Under the pieces are notes generated by a model. The model was given only the letters and a program-made list of their open reading frames with translations. It was not told the origin of the DNA and searched no databases. A DNA stretch of 7,638 bases from positions 1 to 7,638 of the forward strand of contig NW_021828800.1 in NCBI RefSeq assembly GCF_006345805.1. The letters run 5' to 3'. A program made the position numbers and the translations under genes. Source of the stretch: Octopus sinensis (Eukaryota). Below, in pieces: positions 7,030 through 7,638 of the stretch (positions within the stretch are counted from its first letter, which is position 1; each line of letters begins with the position of its first letter).

Positions 7030-7638
7030 ATGTATGTATGTATGTATGTTCTGTTTTTATAATTATTATAAATCTTCCACTGAGGAGGGAGCTGGTTTCC
7101 AACAAAGATACAAGGCTCCATCTTTGGGATGTAGTTAACAGACACATTCACATTTGTAACTTGAGAAAAGCCTTGCATATTTTTACTGTTCCACTCACAG
7201 TTTGCACTTATAATGTACAAATCAGTCGGTCAATTTCTCTGAAAATCCCAGTTTATCCAGATTCTCCGTACAGCATTTAATAACAAAACCTAGCGCTCCA
7301 ATTATTATTGGTATGAATATGAATTCATAGTCTGGACATAGAAGCTGGAGGTTTCGAAACAGTTGTCCATAGATATTCTTTTTCTCTTTGGTTTTCAAAG
7401 AGATATTTATATCTGCAGGGCAGCTGACCTCTATGATGGTACACACCTTTGCCCTTCGGTCCCAAACAATAATATCCGGCCTGTTATGCTTACATTTGAT
7501 AGACGTTCTGATGGGAATATTCCACCAGTATTCCTTGAGTTGGTGTTTATGAGTGTATTCCATAACAGAGGGATTTTCTAAGTTTATTTCTGGGCAGTCT
7601 TTTTTTGAGATTGGCCTTGTAAATTGTTTTAGCGACAA
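7030..7638 (-). mobile_element. RLE-type (R4/Dong-like) non-LTR retrotransposon, copy B, running off the window end
   Basis: Encodes the endonuclease domain, followed by the same UTR as copy A and an (ACAT)5 tail at 7049-7030. Confidence 0.88.
7148..7638 (-). pseudogene. Restriction-like endonuclease (PD-(D/E)xK) domain and C-terminus of the retrotransposon ORF, disrupted
   Basis: HNRPDIIVWD...IIEVSCPAD...KEKKNIY...IPIIIGALG is the RLE signature. A 4-bp deletion relative to copy A near 7230 shifts the frame. The corrected frame EIDRLICTL*VQTVSGTVKICKAFLKLQM* also has a premature TAA before the homologous TGA at 7150-7148. The track's initial M is a TTG at the window edge, not a real start. 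Confidence 0.88.

Noticed and set aside
6670-7581. Plus-strand ORFs 6670-7014, 7005-7280 and 7363-7581 that resemble each other
   Set aside because: They are antisense shadows of the duplicated RLE retrotransposon ends.

Overview
This window is eukaryotic, repeat-dense, apparently intergenic or intronic DNA. It is most likely from an octopus or related cephalopod; that is inferred from my recollection of the SINE, mariner and LINE sequence types, not from a database search. I see no supportable host protein-coding gene, and nearly all long ORFs in the track are artefacts of (TA)n, (TG)n and (ACC)n repeats. The window holds: microsatellite and minisatellite fields; an 8-unit ~130-bp tandem array whose monomer resembles a retroposon 3' tail (2362-3375); a ~210-bp Penelope-like fragment with a hammerhead ribozyme core (3793-4004); a 5'-truncated L1/Tx1-type LINE end inside a (GATA)n tract with a 13-bp flanking direct repeat (4035-4442, minus); a structured retroposon tail (5486-5606); a tRNA-derived SINE (5699-5861) interrupted by a Helitron-like 5' end (5862-~6050); a decayed mariner transposase 5' end (minus); and two head-to-tail copies of a restriction-like-endonuclease (RLE) non-LTR retrotransposon 3' end, each finishing in (ACAT)n (6671-7638, minus). 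The strongest leads are the hammerhead motif, the apparent microsatellite targeting by several unrelated retroelements, and the array of tail-like monomers.
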